Below the pieces are notes generated by a model, which was not told the DNA's origin, did no database searches, and worked only from the letters and a program-made list of their open reading frames with translations. Source: an uncultured Oscillospiraceae bacterium (lineage in GTDB: Bacteria; Bacillota; Clostridia; Oscillospirales; Oscillospiraceae). Taken from it: a DNA stretch of 64,000 nucleotides. Location: assembly GCA_934527315.1 (NCBI GenBank), contig CAKTAK010000004.1:7109-71108 (forward strand). The letters are read 5' to 3'. Each line of letters begins with the position of its first letter. Within the stretch, counting starts at the first letter, position 1. Both the position numbers and the translations under genes were made by a program. Positions 55,867-64,000 of the stretch are shown here, in pieces.

Positions 55867-56589
55867 TTACTTCGTACGAGCAGATGCCTTCTGGGGGTTT
55901 CTGCCGGAAGCCTTCTGCGGGTTCAGGCTGATAGAAGCTGCTGCGCCCTTAGCCTTCACGTTCTTCACAGTGTTCTTGATATACACGATGCCGCCCTTGG
56001 GGCCGGGAATGGCGCCGCGGATGACGATCATGTTCAGTTCGGGATCCACTTTCACAACGTCCAGATTCTGAACGGTGACCTGATCCACGCCCATGTGACC
56101 GGCGCCGATGTGGCCCTTGAACACGCGGGAGGGGTCAGTGCTGGAGCCCATAGAGCCCAGATGACGATGCACAGGACCGCCGCCGTGGGTCATCGGGGTA
56201 CGCTGTGCGTTGTAGCGTTTCACAACGCCTGCATAACCGTGGCCCTTGCTGATACCGGTAACGTCAACCTTATCGCCTTCAGCGAAGGTATCTGCTTTCA
56301 GCACATCGCCGACTTCCAGCTGGCTCATATCTTCCAGACGGAACTCGTGCAGGTGCTTCTGGTACTTCAGCTCGTTCTTGTCGAAGTGACCCTTTGCAGG
56401 TTTGGTGATTTTCTTTTCAGCGACTTCTTCAAAGCCCAGCTGAACAGAGTTGTAGCCGTCCGTCTCCACAGTCTTCTTCTGAACGACCGTGCAGGGGCCA
56501 GCCTCGATGACGGTAACAGGGATAACCTTGCCCGCCTCGTCGAAGATCTGCGTCATGCCGACCTTCTTGCCAATAATGGCCTTTTTCAT
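55867..56589 (-). CDS. rplC: 50S ribosomal protein L3 with a C-terminal low-complexity extension of about 30 aa
   Basis: 240 aa. Tail: ..[30 protein letters not shown]. Confidence 0.9.
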   Translation of the reverse strand: MKKAIIGKKVGMTQIFDEAGKVIPVTVIEAGPCTVVQKKTVETDGYNSVQLGFEEVAEKKITKPAKGHFDKNELKYQKHLHEFRLEDMSQLEVGDVLKADTFAEGDKVDVTGISKGHGYAGVVKRYNAQRTPMTHGGGPVHRHLGSMGSSTDPSRVFKGHIGAGHMGVDQVTVQNLDVVKVDPELNMIVIRGAIPGPKGGIVYIKNTVKNVKAKGAAASISLNPQKASGRNPQKASARTK

Positions 56590-56731
56590 GGTATTTCCTC
56601 CTTCAGGTTATTGGTCAGCTCGCTTAGGCGTTCCGCCAAGAGGCTGCTGACTTGACCCCGTCTGCCGTTTTGGCAGACCGATGGGTGATAACAATTGTGG
56701 GCCGTACTTTCGTACGGGGATCACCGAAATC

Positions 56732-57043
56732 TTACAGCTTGATTTCGATCTCGACGCCTGCAGGCAGCTCCAGGCTCATCAGGGAGTTAACGGTCTCCTG
56801 ATTGGGAGCAATGATGTCGATCAGACGCTTGTGAGTGCGACGCTCAAACTGCTCGCGGCTGTCTTTGTACTTGTGAACAGCACGCAGGATGGTCACGACT
56901 TCCTTCTCGGTGGGGAGAGGAATGGGACCGGAAACCTTAGCGCCGGTGCGCTTTGCGGTCTCCACGATGGTTTCTGCAGCCTTGTCGATCAGCTGATGAT
57001 CGTAGGCTTTCAGACGGATGCGAATAGAATTCTTCTGTGCCAT
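56732..57043 (-). CDS. rpsJ: 30S ribosomal protein S10
   Basis: 103 aa [24 protein letters not shown].. Confidence 0.95.
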   Translation of the reverse strand: MAQKNSIRIRLKAYDHQLIDKAAETIVETAKRTGAKVSGPIPLPTEKEVVTILRAVHKYKDSREQFERRTHKRLIDIIAPNQETVNSLMSLELPAGVEIEIKL

Positions 57044-57154
57044 GATTTTTTCCTCCGATTCGTACGATTTGTTCCGGCGTCATTGGCTTCGCCGAATTTG
57101 TGTCGTACGGATGAGCTTTACTCATACACTCAACCGTGCGTATCAACTTCTGTC

Positions 57155-57217
57155 TGAAAAACAAACCGGCTGGGCACCGACTTCACAAATGAAATCATTG
57201 CCAAAACTGGCCGGTTT
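57155..57217 (-). promoter_or_regulatory. Attenuator-like hairpin plus U-tract inside the rpsJ leader (candidate L4-type autoregulatory site)
   Basis: On the minus strand, AAACCGGC-(39 nt)-GCCGGTTT followed by GTTTTT, about 110 nt upstream of the rpsJ ATG. Confidence 0.3.
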
Positions 57218-57373
57218 ATTCCACGACAGACGATATACGCCGTGCATGGAAAAGTCTCAGCCGCCCGATTCCCCAGCGGTCTCCCGCCAGCGGACATACT
57301 CCACTGAAGTTACCTCACTCTCGTGAGCAATCTCCAGCTTCATCGCATACTGCGCCCTTTCAAGCGCCATATT

Positions 57374-57402
57374 AAGATACCAAAAAACGCCCCTGTTGTC
57401 AA
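57374..57402 (-). promoter_or_regulatory. Sigma-A promoter of the S10 operon, with the -35 embedded in the upstream gene's terminator hairpin
   Basis: On the minus strand, TTGACA-N17-TATCTT. Gives a leader of about 320 nt. Confidence 0.5.
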
Positions 57403-57410
57403 GGGCGTTT
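57385..57410 (-). terminator. Intrinsic terminator of the upstream gene (57479-58012)
   Basis: On the minus strand, AACGCCC-ttgacaaca-GGGGCGTT followed by TTTTGG. Confidence 0.55.
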
Positions 57411-57478
57411 TCCGTTTTTTTCTGATTTTTTCACCTTTTTACGATTCGCACAAAGAGCCGGCTGTTTTCCGCCCGGAA

Positions 57479-58012
57479 TCAGCCTTTTTGACCGATCCAT
57501 GCGCGAACGCTGGACTTCAAGTCCAGAACATTCTGATAAGCCGTCAGATTTCCGTCCGCGTCACGATAGTAGGCGTTCATCGGTTTGCCGTCCGGGGCAT
57601 AATCTCCCACCGCTTTGGTGACGCCCGTTCCGTCCAGACGATTGAAGGACAGAATCACGCTGCGGGTGTCCGTTCCGTAAGAAGCCCATACCGTATTGCC
57701 TGCACTGGTCACTTCCAGATTTTCCAGCTGAAAGCTTTCCCCAATCATCCAAAGCTGACTTTCCGGCCAACCGTCGGCCTCCGTTCCATCATAAGACTCA
57801 TCTAACGTCATCAACGCTTGAATCAGCGCCCGATCCTTGCTGTCAATCTCAAGTTCCGGACAACGCCGGGCAATTTCCGCCGCAGTGAGATTCAATTCCT
57901 TTTCCTGATAAATCTGGTGCCGCTGCATCATCAAAGCCGCAGTCAGAACCACCACTGCCAGAACCAGAATTCCGGCCACCATATATTCCTTTTTACGAGT
58001 TACGCGTGTCAC
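57479..58012 (-). CDS. Membrane-anchored hypothetical protein
   Basis: 177 aa (GTG start) or 167 aa from MVAGILVLAVVVL... The GGAGG at the end of the upstream ORF serves as the ribosome-binding site. Confidence 0.5.
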   Translation of the reverse strand: MTRVTRKKEYMVAGILVLAVVVLTAALMMQRHQIYQEKELNLTAAEIARRCPELEIDSKDRALIQALMTLDESYDGTEADGWPESQLWMIGESFQLENLEVTSAGNTVWASYGTDTRSVILSFNRLDGTGVTKAVGDYAPDGKPMNAYYRDADGNLTAYQNVLDLKSSVRAWIGQKG

Positions 58013-58015
58013 AGT

Positions 58016-59347
58016 TTAGCCTCCGGATGCCATAATGGAAAAATGCATATAGTCAAATTTCTGAGTGTTGTCCTTACGGACGCTGTAGCCCTGTCCGCCC
58101 CAGCCCCAGCCGTAATCGGAAAATGCCTTGACTACGCTGCCGCCTGCAGCAATAGAGTAGGGACTTGGTCCATTCAAAGAGCCGGAGAATACGGTCTGTT
58201 CCTTGCCCAACGGCCACCAGCCCCTGCCCACAGTAAAATTCACTGTGTTGGTGTTGTAATTTGCCCGACATTCCGGGTTATAGTCTGCATTGATGTCAAT
58301 GGCGCAGCCCCAGGAATGGCGCATGGTATCGGTGTTCCGGAAACTACTGGTGCCGATAATGGGGAACCGCTCCGGGTCATCGTAAATCTGCTGGAAAATG
58401 GCCTTTACATCGTCCGCCACCGCAGCATTCACATAAACAACGTCTTTGGAGCTGTATTTCTTTCCGCTCTTATCAATCTTCCAAACCGGAATGTTTACGG
58501 CAACAATGTGGTCTCCCGCCTCTTTCTGAGAAGTGAAGTACGACTTGTTGCTGTCGCCGAACAAAATCTGCCGCAGTTCTGCGCTGGCTTTGCCGTAAGC
58601 ATTGATCCAGCCGTTTTTCTGCCACTGAATCGCCGCCGGGGTGGTTGTGGGTTTCACCGTGGTTGCCTCCGCAACCTTCACACGGCTCTGTGCAAACAGC
58701 AACCGACAAACCACCGATGCCGCCTCCGCCCGGGTCAGCGTATTTCCGCCGTGGAAGCAATGGTCGGAATATCCGGAAAGAATTCCCTTGCCGTACGCCT
58801 GCTCCACATAGTACCGGGTTCCGCTGGGAATGGAACTGTAATCTTGAATCAGCTTGGTGGGCTCTTTCAAAGACACCTTGTCCTCGTAGTAATCCTTGTA
58901 CAGCATATTGGTCACCAATGTTGCCATTTCATTCCGGGTGATTTTGCCCTCCAAGGAATTCCAGGTACATTTGATGCCGCTGTCATTCAGAATACCCATA
59001 TCGTTCAGCACGTTCCAGTAGGGCTGTGCCCAGTGAATGGATTTGAATTCCTCATAGCTGCCGGCTTTGCCGTTTTCATCTACATACTGCATGGTAGCCG
59101 TATTGGCTGCATTGTACAGCATGGACAGAAACTCGCCCCGGCTCAGATTTTCCTCCGGTCGGTAGGTTCCGCCGGGGTCTCCGGCAATGATTCCAAAGCT
59201 GCTGAGCTTATCCAAGGATTCTTTGTACCAGGCATTGTCCGGCACATCGGAAAATTTCTTCGGTTGTCCATAAGCTGCCGCAGGAATCGCCGCTGCAATC
59301 AGCAAAATCACGCTCAGCAGCAGTGCGAGAATTCGTTTTCCCTTCAT
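58016..59347 (-). CDS. Secreted SLH-domain protein with a C-terminal M15-family (VanY-like) zinc D,D-/L,D-peptidase domain
   Basis: 443 aa. Signal peptide, three SLH repeats (FSDVPDNAWYKESLDKL...), and the M15 motif SWGCAIDIN. Confidence 0.75.
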   Translation of the reverse strand: MKGKRILALLLSVILLIAAAIPAAAYGQPKKFSDVPDNAWYKESLDKLSSFGIIAGDPGGTYRPEENLSRGEFLSMLYNAANTATMQYVDENGKAGSYEEFKSIHWAQPYWNVLNDMGILNDSGIKCTWNSLEGKITRNEMATLVTNMLYKDYYEDKVSLKEPTKLIQDYSSIPSGTRYYVEQAYGKGILSGYSDHCFHGGNTLTRAEAASVVCRLLFAQSRVKVAEATTVKPTTTPAAIQWQKNGWINAYGKASAELRQILFGDSNKSYFTSQKEAGDHIVAVNIPVWKIDKSGKKYSSKDVVYVNAAVADDVKAIFQQIYDDPERFPIIGTSSFRNTDTMRHSWGCAIDINADYNPECRANYNTNTVNFTVGRGWWPLGKEQTVFSGSLNGPSPYSIAAGGSVVKAFSDYGWGWGGQGYSVRKDNTQKFDYMHFSIMASGG

Positions 59348-59393
59348 AAGCTCCGTCCTTTCTCTCTTTCTGTTCGGAAGTTACTTCCTGAAA

Positions 59394-59801
59394 TCAAGCC
59401 TGCTGGTCCAGCACATTCTGCGCATTGAAGGAATGGGGCAGCAGCTCCCTTACCTTATATATAATGTATTGACCGTCCTGCCGACCGACAATGACATCCA
59501 TATCCAGATTGAATTCCGCCATAAACTGCCGGCACTCGCCGCAGGGCATTGCCCAATCCCGGCTATCCGGACTGGTCACCGCCAAGCGGACAAAATCCCG
59601 ATGTCCTTCGCTGACCGCTTTCACCATTGCCGTGCGCTCACCGCAGATACTGCAGCCATACGCCGCATTTTCCACATTGCAGCCGGTAAAAATCGTTCCG
59701 TCAGCACATTCCAATGCCGCACCTACCCGGAAGTGGGAATAGGGGGAATAGGAATTCAGTGCAGCCCGCTCTGCCAACCGCAGCAATTCTTCATTGGTCA
59801 T
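59394..59801 (-). CDS. cdd: Cytidine deaminase
   Basis: About 135 aa. Zn motifs CNVENAAYGCSICGE and PCGECRQ. The track start is a GTG 4 nt after the AAGGAG ribosome-binding site; the ATG two codons later is more likely. Confidence 0.85.
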   Translation of the reverse strand: MTNEELLRLAERAALNSYSPYSHFRVGAALECADGTIFTGCNVENAAYGCSICGERTAMVKAVSEGHRDFVRLAVTSPDSRDWAMPCGECRQFMAEFNLDMDVIVGRQDGQYIIYKVRELLPHSFNAQNVLDQQA

Positions 59802-59815
59802 AACCACATATCTCC

Positions 59816-61396
59816 TTATGCATTGTCCAAGTCAATGGACCAATTTTTCAGTTGATAAAACACATTGTACTGTGTGGGGTCCATACCGGATACCACGTCT
59901 CGATGGGTCAGCACCTGCTGTTTTTCAAAACAGACCGGAATAATCGGTCCGTTATCCGCCAAAAACTGGCACATTTCCAGGCAAGTCTGCCCCCGGGTTG
60001 TATCGTCCGCCTCCAGATAGGAGTGGATAAAGGAGTAATACTCCGGATCGTCGATGCCGTAAAAATTATTCAAGCCGTTGGTGGTCAGCATATCCGTCAG
60101 ATTAAAATCCGCCGTAAGCTTGATTTCTCCGTAAAACAGATCGTAATTGCCCGCCTGAATGGCAGCAACGTAATCCGCCCAGCTCAATTCCTTTACGGTC
60201 ACACCAATGCCGATGGATTCCAAATCCGCCGCAATTTTCTGCGCCGCCCGTATCTTATCGGTATTGTCGGAGCAAACCACAAATTTCAGATTGATGTCCG
60301 CCAATCCGTTGGACAGCTGATATTCCAGCTTACCGTCGTTGTCGTAATCCTCCACACCAGCAGCATGGAGTTTCGTCCGGCAGGTATTCAAATCATACCG
60401 ATAGGCTTTTGCCAAATCCGCGGGATACAAATCGCTTTCCGGACTAATGGGAAACATGGTTTCCACCGCAGAGCCGGATAGTACCGTATCCACAATATAG
60501 CTCCGGTCCACCGCATAGGTCAGCGCAGCGCGCATATCCCGATAGCAAACGAACTCCCGTTTCAGATTCATACCCACAAACTGCAGATTCGTGGTATTGA
60601 ACGCCCGGATTTCATTATTGGAGCCGTATCCCAACCGGGAAAGTCCCGTGGGGTCATTGACCACCAAATCAATCAGCGCGGAGCTGTAATCGGAAATCGT
60701 CTGTTCCGCGTCACCGTTTTCATGGAGATAAATGGTCTTCAGCGGCGCCGCCTCACTGTCCCGATAATCGTTGAACTTTGTAAGCTTTGACATATCCGAG
60801 GCGAACACGTAAGGGCCCGTTCCCACGGGAATGCCGTCGCCCCCCTCTTTCACCACCGGAATGTTCAGCAGTCGGGGAAACAGATAGTTCGTATCCGTCA
60901 GCGTGACCATAATGTTTTCCGCATCCATGGCAGTGACGCCCCAGATTTTATTCAATCGGTTTCCGTAGGTTTTGGACCGTCTGGCCTGGTTGATGGAGTA
61001 AGCCACATCCGATGCCGTCAGCGTGCTGCCGTCATGGCATTTGATGGACGTATCCACCGTCAAAACCCAGCTGTACCCATTGGTGGAAGACCAAGAGGTA
61101 ATCAAATTGGGCTGCACATTGAAATCGTGGTCCACTTCCACGGCGAATTCATATACCAGACAATCCACCAATGCGTTGGCTGCGCTGGTGGTGGTAATGG
61201 GGTCCATGGTGTAATCCGCATCATATCCCAACGTAAACCGACCGTCCTTCGCCCGAATGACGGTGCTGTCTGTCTCCTGCGTGACATCGTCGTCCTCGTC
61301 GGATTCGCTGTTCTTTTTTCCGCACCCGGCCGCCGTCAGCAGCATTGCCGCAGCCAACATCAACGTCAGCGGGCGTTTCAGTTTATTCCAGTTCAT
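59816..61396 (-). CDS. ABC transporter substrate-binding lipoprotein, family 5 (peptide/nickel type)
   Basis: About 526 aa from MNWNKLKRPLTLMLAAAMLLTAAGCGKK, with a lipobox. The track start would overlap pgeF. Confidence 0.8.
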   Translation of the reverse strand: MNWNKLKRPLTLMLAAAMLLTAAGCGKKNSESDEDDDVTQETDSTVIRAKDGRFTLGYDADYTMDPITTTSAANALVDCLVYEFAVEVDHDFNVQPNLITSWSSTNGYSWVLTVDTSIKCHDGSTLTASDVAYSINQARRSKTYGNRLNKIWGVTAMDAENIMVTLTDTNYLFPRLLNIPVVKEGGDGIPVGTGPYVFASDMSKLTKFNDYRDSEAAPLKTIYLHENGDAEQTISDYSSALIDLVVNDPTGLSRLGYGSNNEIRAFNTTNLQFVGMNLKREFVCYRDMRAALTYAVDRSYIVDTVLSGSAVETMFPISPESDLYPADLAKAYRYDLNTCRTKLHAAGVEDYDNDGKLEYQLSNGLADINLKFVVCSDNTDKIRAAQKIAADLESIGIGVTVKELSWADYVAAIQAGNYDLFYGEIKLTADFNLTDMLTTNGLNNFYGIDDPEYYSFIHSYLEADDTTRGQTCLEMCQFLADNGPIIPVCFEKQQVLTHRDVVSGMDPTQYNVFYQLKNWSIDLDNA

Positions 61397-61406
61397 GGTC
61401 GTTTCC

Positions 61407-62213
61407 TTATCTGTTCGCGTCCAGAACAATCATGGCCGCTTGATGTCCCCGTTTTCCCTGGGTTGCCCGATGAGACCAGTATTTATCCGGGCTGCACATG
61501 GTGCATTCCTCAGAAACCCCAATCTGCTCCGCCGGGATTCCCAGCTGCATCAGCCGCCGGCGAATGGCCTCCCGCAAATCCACATAGTATTTGTCCGGTG
61601 CCTTTCCCGGCCGCACCAATCCCTCGTGGTCATGGGGCAGCAGCTTGTAAATTGCCTCCGGCACCTCCGGACCCGTTTCAAAGCAGCAGAATCCGATGGA
61701 TTCTCCGATGGCGGCATGGATTTCCTTGGGTTCTGCGCCCAACTCCGTCATTTTCCGGACTGCCTCCGCCATAATATCCTGCACGGTGCTCCGCCAGCCG
61801 CAATGCACAGCCGCTACCACACCGTTTTTGGTATCTTCCATCAGCAGCGGCACGCAATCGGCAATGAACGCAGTGATGGGCAATCCGGGAATGTTGGTCA
61901 CCAGACCGTCCGCCTCATAGGGCACTTCCGTCATCAGCGTGTGAATGTCCGCCTCCGTTGCAATGCGCACCACGTTTCCGTGGACCTGTTTGGTGAACGC
62001 CAGACGGTCCGTGTCGATTCCGGTGGCTTGTTTCACTCTCCGATAATTTTCAATCACATTTTCCGGGCGATCTCCCCGGTGTTCTCCCAGGTTCAAAGAT
62101 GCCCAGATGCCCTCACTCACGCCGCCGAGGCGGGTGGTGAAGGCATGGCGGGTTTCGAGGTTCGGAGCAGTCATATAGACCACTCCGTCCACGTTGTGTT
62201 CAATAAATTTCAT
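61407..62213 (-). CDS. pgeF: Peptidoglycan editing factor PgeF (YfiH/DUF152 laccase-domain protein)
   Basis: 268 aa. Metal ligands in ..VHGNVV..ADCVP..HCGWRS.. Confidence 0.85.
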   Translation of the reverse strand: MKFIEHNVDGVVYMTAPNLETRHAFTTRLGGVSEGIWASLNLGEHRGDRPENVIENYRRVKQATGIDTDRLAFTKQVHGNVVRIATEADIHTLMTEVPYEADGLVTNIPGLPITAFIADCVPLLMEDTKNGVVAAVHCGWRSTVQDIMAEAVRKMTELGAEPKEIHAAIGESIGFCCFETGPEVPEAIYKLLPHDHEGLVRPGKAPDKYYVDLREAIRRRLMQLGIPAEQIGVSEECTMCSPDKYWSHRATQGKRGHQAAMIVLDANR

Positions 62214-62217
62214 ACGA

Positions 62218-64000
62218 TTACTTGTCTTTGCCGCAGCAATCCTTATACTTCATGGGCAAACCGTTGGGGCGGAGCTTACCGCAGGGGCAAGGGTCGTTCC
62301 GGCCGGGTTTTTTCAGCTTTTTCACCGGAGATTTTTTCACCGTGCCGTCGCCGGCAGGGGTATTTGCCTGCGCCACGCTCTTTCTCTCCAATGTGGTGTT
62401 CTGACGAATCTGCACCGTGAACATCCGGCGCACGGTTTCCTCACGGATACCGGCATTCATGGCGTCGAACATCTCAAAGCCCTCTTTTTTGTATGCGTCA
62501 ATGGGTTTCTGGTTGGCGTAAGCCCGGAGATAGATGCCGTCCTTCAGGTCGCTCATTGCGTCAATGTGTTCCATCCAGTATTCGTCCACCACACGGAGCA
62601 TAACCACCCGTTCCAGCTCCCGCATCAGCGGTGTGCCGTCGGGGAGATTGCCGAACATTGCCTCTCTGGCTTTGTACACGGCATCAGCCTTTGCCAGCAC
62701 CAAGTCCTCCAGTTCGTCCTCGGTGGTAGATGCCAGACGGTCATCGGGAATCTGAATCTCGCCCCGGCGGAGGAACAGCGGCTCAAAGGGCATCAGCACT
62801 TCCGTCAGCTGACTCTGGGATTCAATGGGCATACCGGCCATGCCGTCTTTCAGCGTGGTGGATACGTAGTCCACAATCATACCGTCAATGGCATTGCTCA
62901 GATCCTCACCGTCCAGAACCTTCCGGCGCTGATCGTAAATGATATTTCTCTGCTGATTCATCACATCGTCAAATTCCAGAACGCTCTTACGAGCCTGGAA
63001 GTGACGGCTTTCCACGGTTTTCTGTGCCTGTTCCAGCGCGTTGGTCAGCATTTTGCTTTCCAGCGGCATATCTTCATCCACTTTCATGGTTTCCATCATG
63101 TTTTTCACACGGTCGGTACCAAACAGACGCATCACATCGTCTTCCAGAGACACGAAGAAACGGCTTTCGCCGGGGTCACCCTGACGACCTGCACGGCCGC
63201 GGAGCTGGTTATCAATTCGGCGGGATTCGTGGCGCTCGGTGCCCACAATGAACAAGCCGCCGGCAGCCCGGACTTTTTCCGCCTCTACGGAAATCTCCGC
63301 CTTGTGCTTTTCCATGCTCTCGGCATATTTCCGGCGGGCCTCCAGAATCCGCTGGTCATCGGTATCCGCATAGCCGGTTGCCTCGGCAATGATTTCTTCC
63401 TCATAGCCGGCTTTCCGTAGTTCCTGCTTTGCCAGATACTCTGCGTTGCCGCCCAGCATAATATCCGTACCACGGCCTGCCATGTTGGTTGCAATGGTCA
63501 CTGCGCCCATTTTGCCGGCCTGCGCCACGATTTCCGCCTCTTTTTCGTGGTGCTTTGCGTTCAGCACATTGTGGGGAACGCCCTGCTTTTTCAGCATAGC
63601 GGACACCAGTTCGCTCTTCTCAATAGAAATGGTACCCACCAGAACCGGCTGGCCCTTTTCATGGCACTGAATAATCTGATTGACCACCGCCCGGAATTTT
63701 GCGGCCTCCGTTTTGTAAATCACATCGGAATGGTCGATTCGCGCCACCGGCTTATTGGTGGGAATCTCGATAATATCCAGTTTGTAAATGGTCTCGAACT
63801 CTTCCTGCTCGGTCATTGCCGTACCGGTCATACCGGACAGCTTGCTGTACAGACGGAAGTAATTCTGGAAGGTAATGGTTGCCAGCGTTTTGTTTTCCCG
63901 CTGCACATCCACATGCTCTTTGGCCTCAATGGCCTGATGCAAACCTTCGCTGTAACGACGTCCCAGCATAATACGGCCGGTGAACTCGTCCACAATCAGC
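62218..64000 (-). CDS. secA: Preprotein translocase ATPase SecA, C-terminal part; the gene continues beyond the window
   Basis: Open frame to the window edge. The C-terminal Zn-binding tail is ..PCPCGKLRPNGLPMKYKDCCGKDK. Confidence 0.85.
   Translation of the reverse strand, partial: LIVDEFTGRIMLGRRYSEGLHQAIEAKEHVDVQRENKTLATITFQNYFRLYSKLSGMTGTAMTEQEEFETIYKLDIIEIPTNKPVARIDHSDVIYKTEAAKFRAVVNQIIQCHEKGQPVLVGTISIEKSELVSAMLKKQGVPHNVLNAKHHEKEAEIVAQAGKMGAVTIATNMAGRGTDIMLGGNAEYLAKQELRKAGYEEEIIAEATGYADTDDQRILEARRKYAESMEKHKAEISVEAEKVRAAGGLFIVGTERHESRRIDNQLRGRAGRQGDPGESRFFVSLEDDVMRLFGTDRVKNMMETMKVDEDMPLESKMLTNALEQAQKTVESRHFQARKSVLEFDDVMNQQRNIIYDQRRKVLDGEDLSNAIDGMIVDYVSTTLKDGMAGMPIESQSQLTEVLMPFEPLFLRRGEIQIPDDRLASTTEDELEDLVLAKADAVYKAREAMFGNLPDGTPLMRELERVVMLRVVDEYWMEHIDAMSDLKDGIYLRAYANQKPIDAYKKEGFEMFDAMNAGIREETVRRMFTVQIRQNTTLERKSVAQANTPAGDGTVKKSPVKKLKKPGRNDPCPCGKLRPNGLPMKYKDCCGKDK

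Overview
This 64 kb window is high-GC (~58%) Firmicutes DNA. The presence of spoVAC, an SLH-domain peptidase and MurT/GatD suggests a spore-forming Clostridia member, possibly Oscillospiraceae; this is inferred from gene content only. About a quarter of the window (41.0-57.1 kb, minus strand) is the conserved ribosomal-protein supercluster: S10, spc and alpha operons with secY, adk, map, infA and rpoA. Flanking it are housekeeping genes: partial nadE, an LtaS-like gene, glyQS, hpf, prmA, murT-gatD, hslO, argS, cdd, pgeF, partial secA, and a tRNA Val-Phe-Gly-Cys operon. Two accessory modules stand out. The first (13.0-23.5 kb) is a bile-acid-inducible(bai)-like island built as single-gene units: an AMP-dependent acyl-CoA ligase, an AraC regulator carrying two complete tandem DNA-binding domains, a coupled cupin protein, two paralogous SDR dehydrogenases, two tandem CaiB/BaiF family-III CoA-transferases, and a MATE exporter. 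Almost every gene has its own near-consensus sigma-A promoter and its own intrinsic terminator, and several promoters overlap perfect inverted repeats. The second (24.0-29.1 kb) is an uncharacterised corrinoid methyl-transfer module: a RACo-type reductive activase, a homocysteine-S-methyltransferase-like protein, a DUF2284 protein, and a UroD-type methyltransferase fused to a B12-binding domain. Within the ribosomal cluster, the spc operon is interrupted between rpsZ and rpsH by a 420-nt AT-rich spacer that carries a terminator, a consensus promoter and a structured leader. L24 carries a Cys4 zinc ribbon. S3, S5 and L3 carry low-complexity extensions. No CRISPR arrays, transposases or prophage genes were seen. 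Hand-counted coordinates may be off by 1-2 nt.
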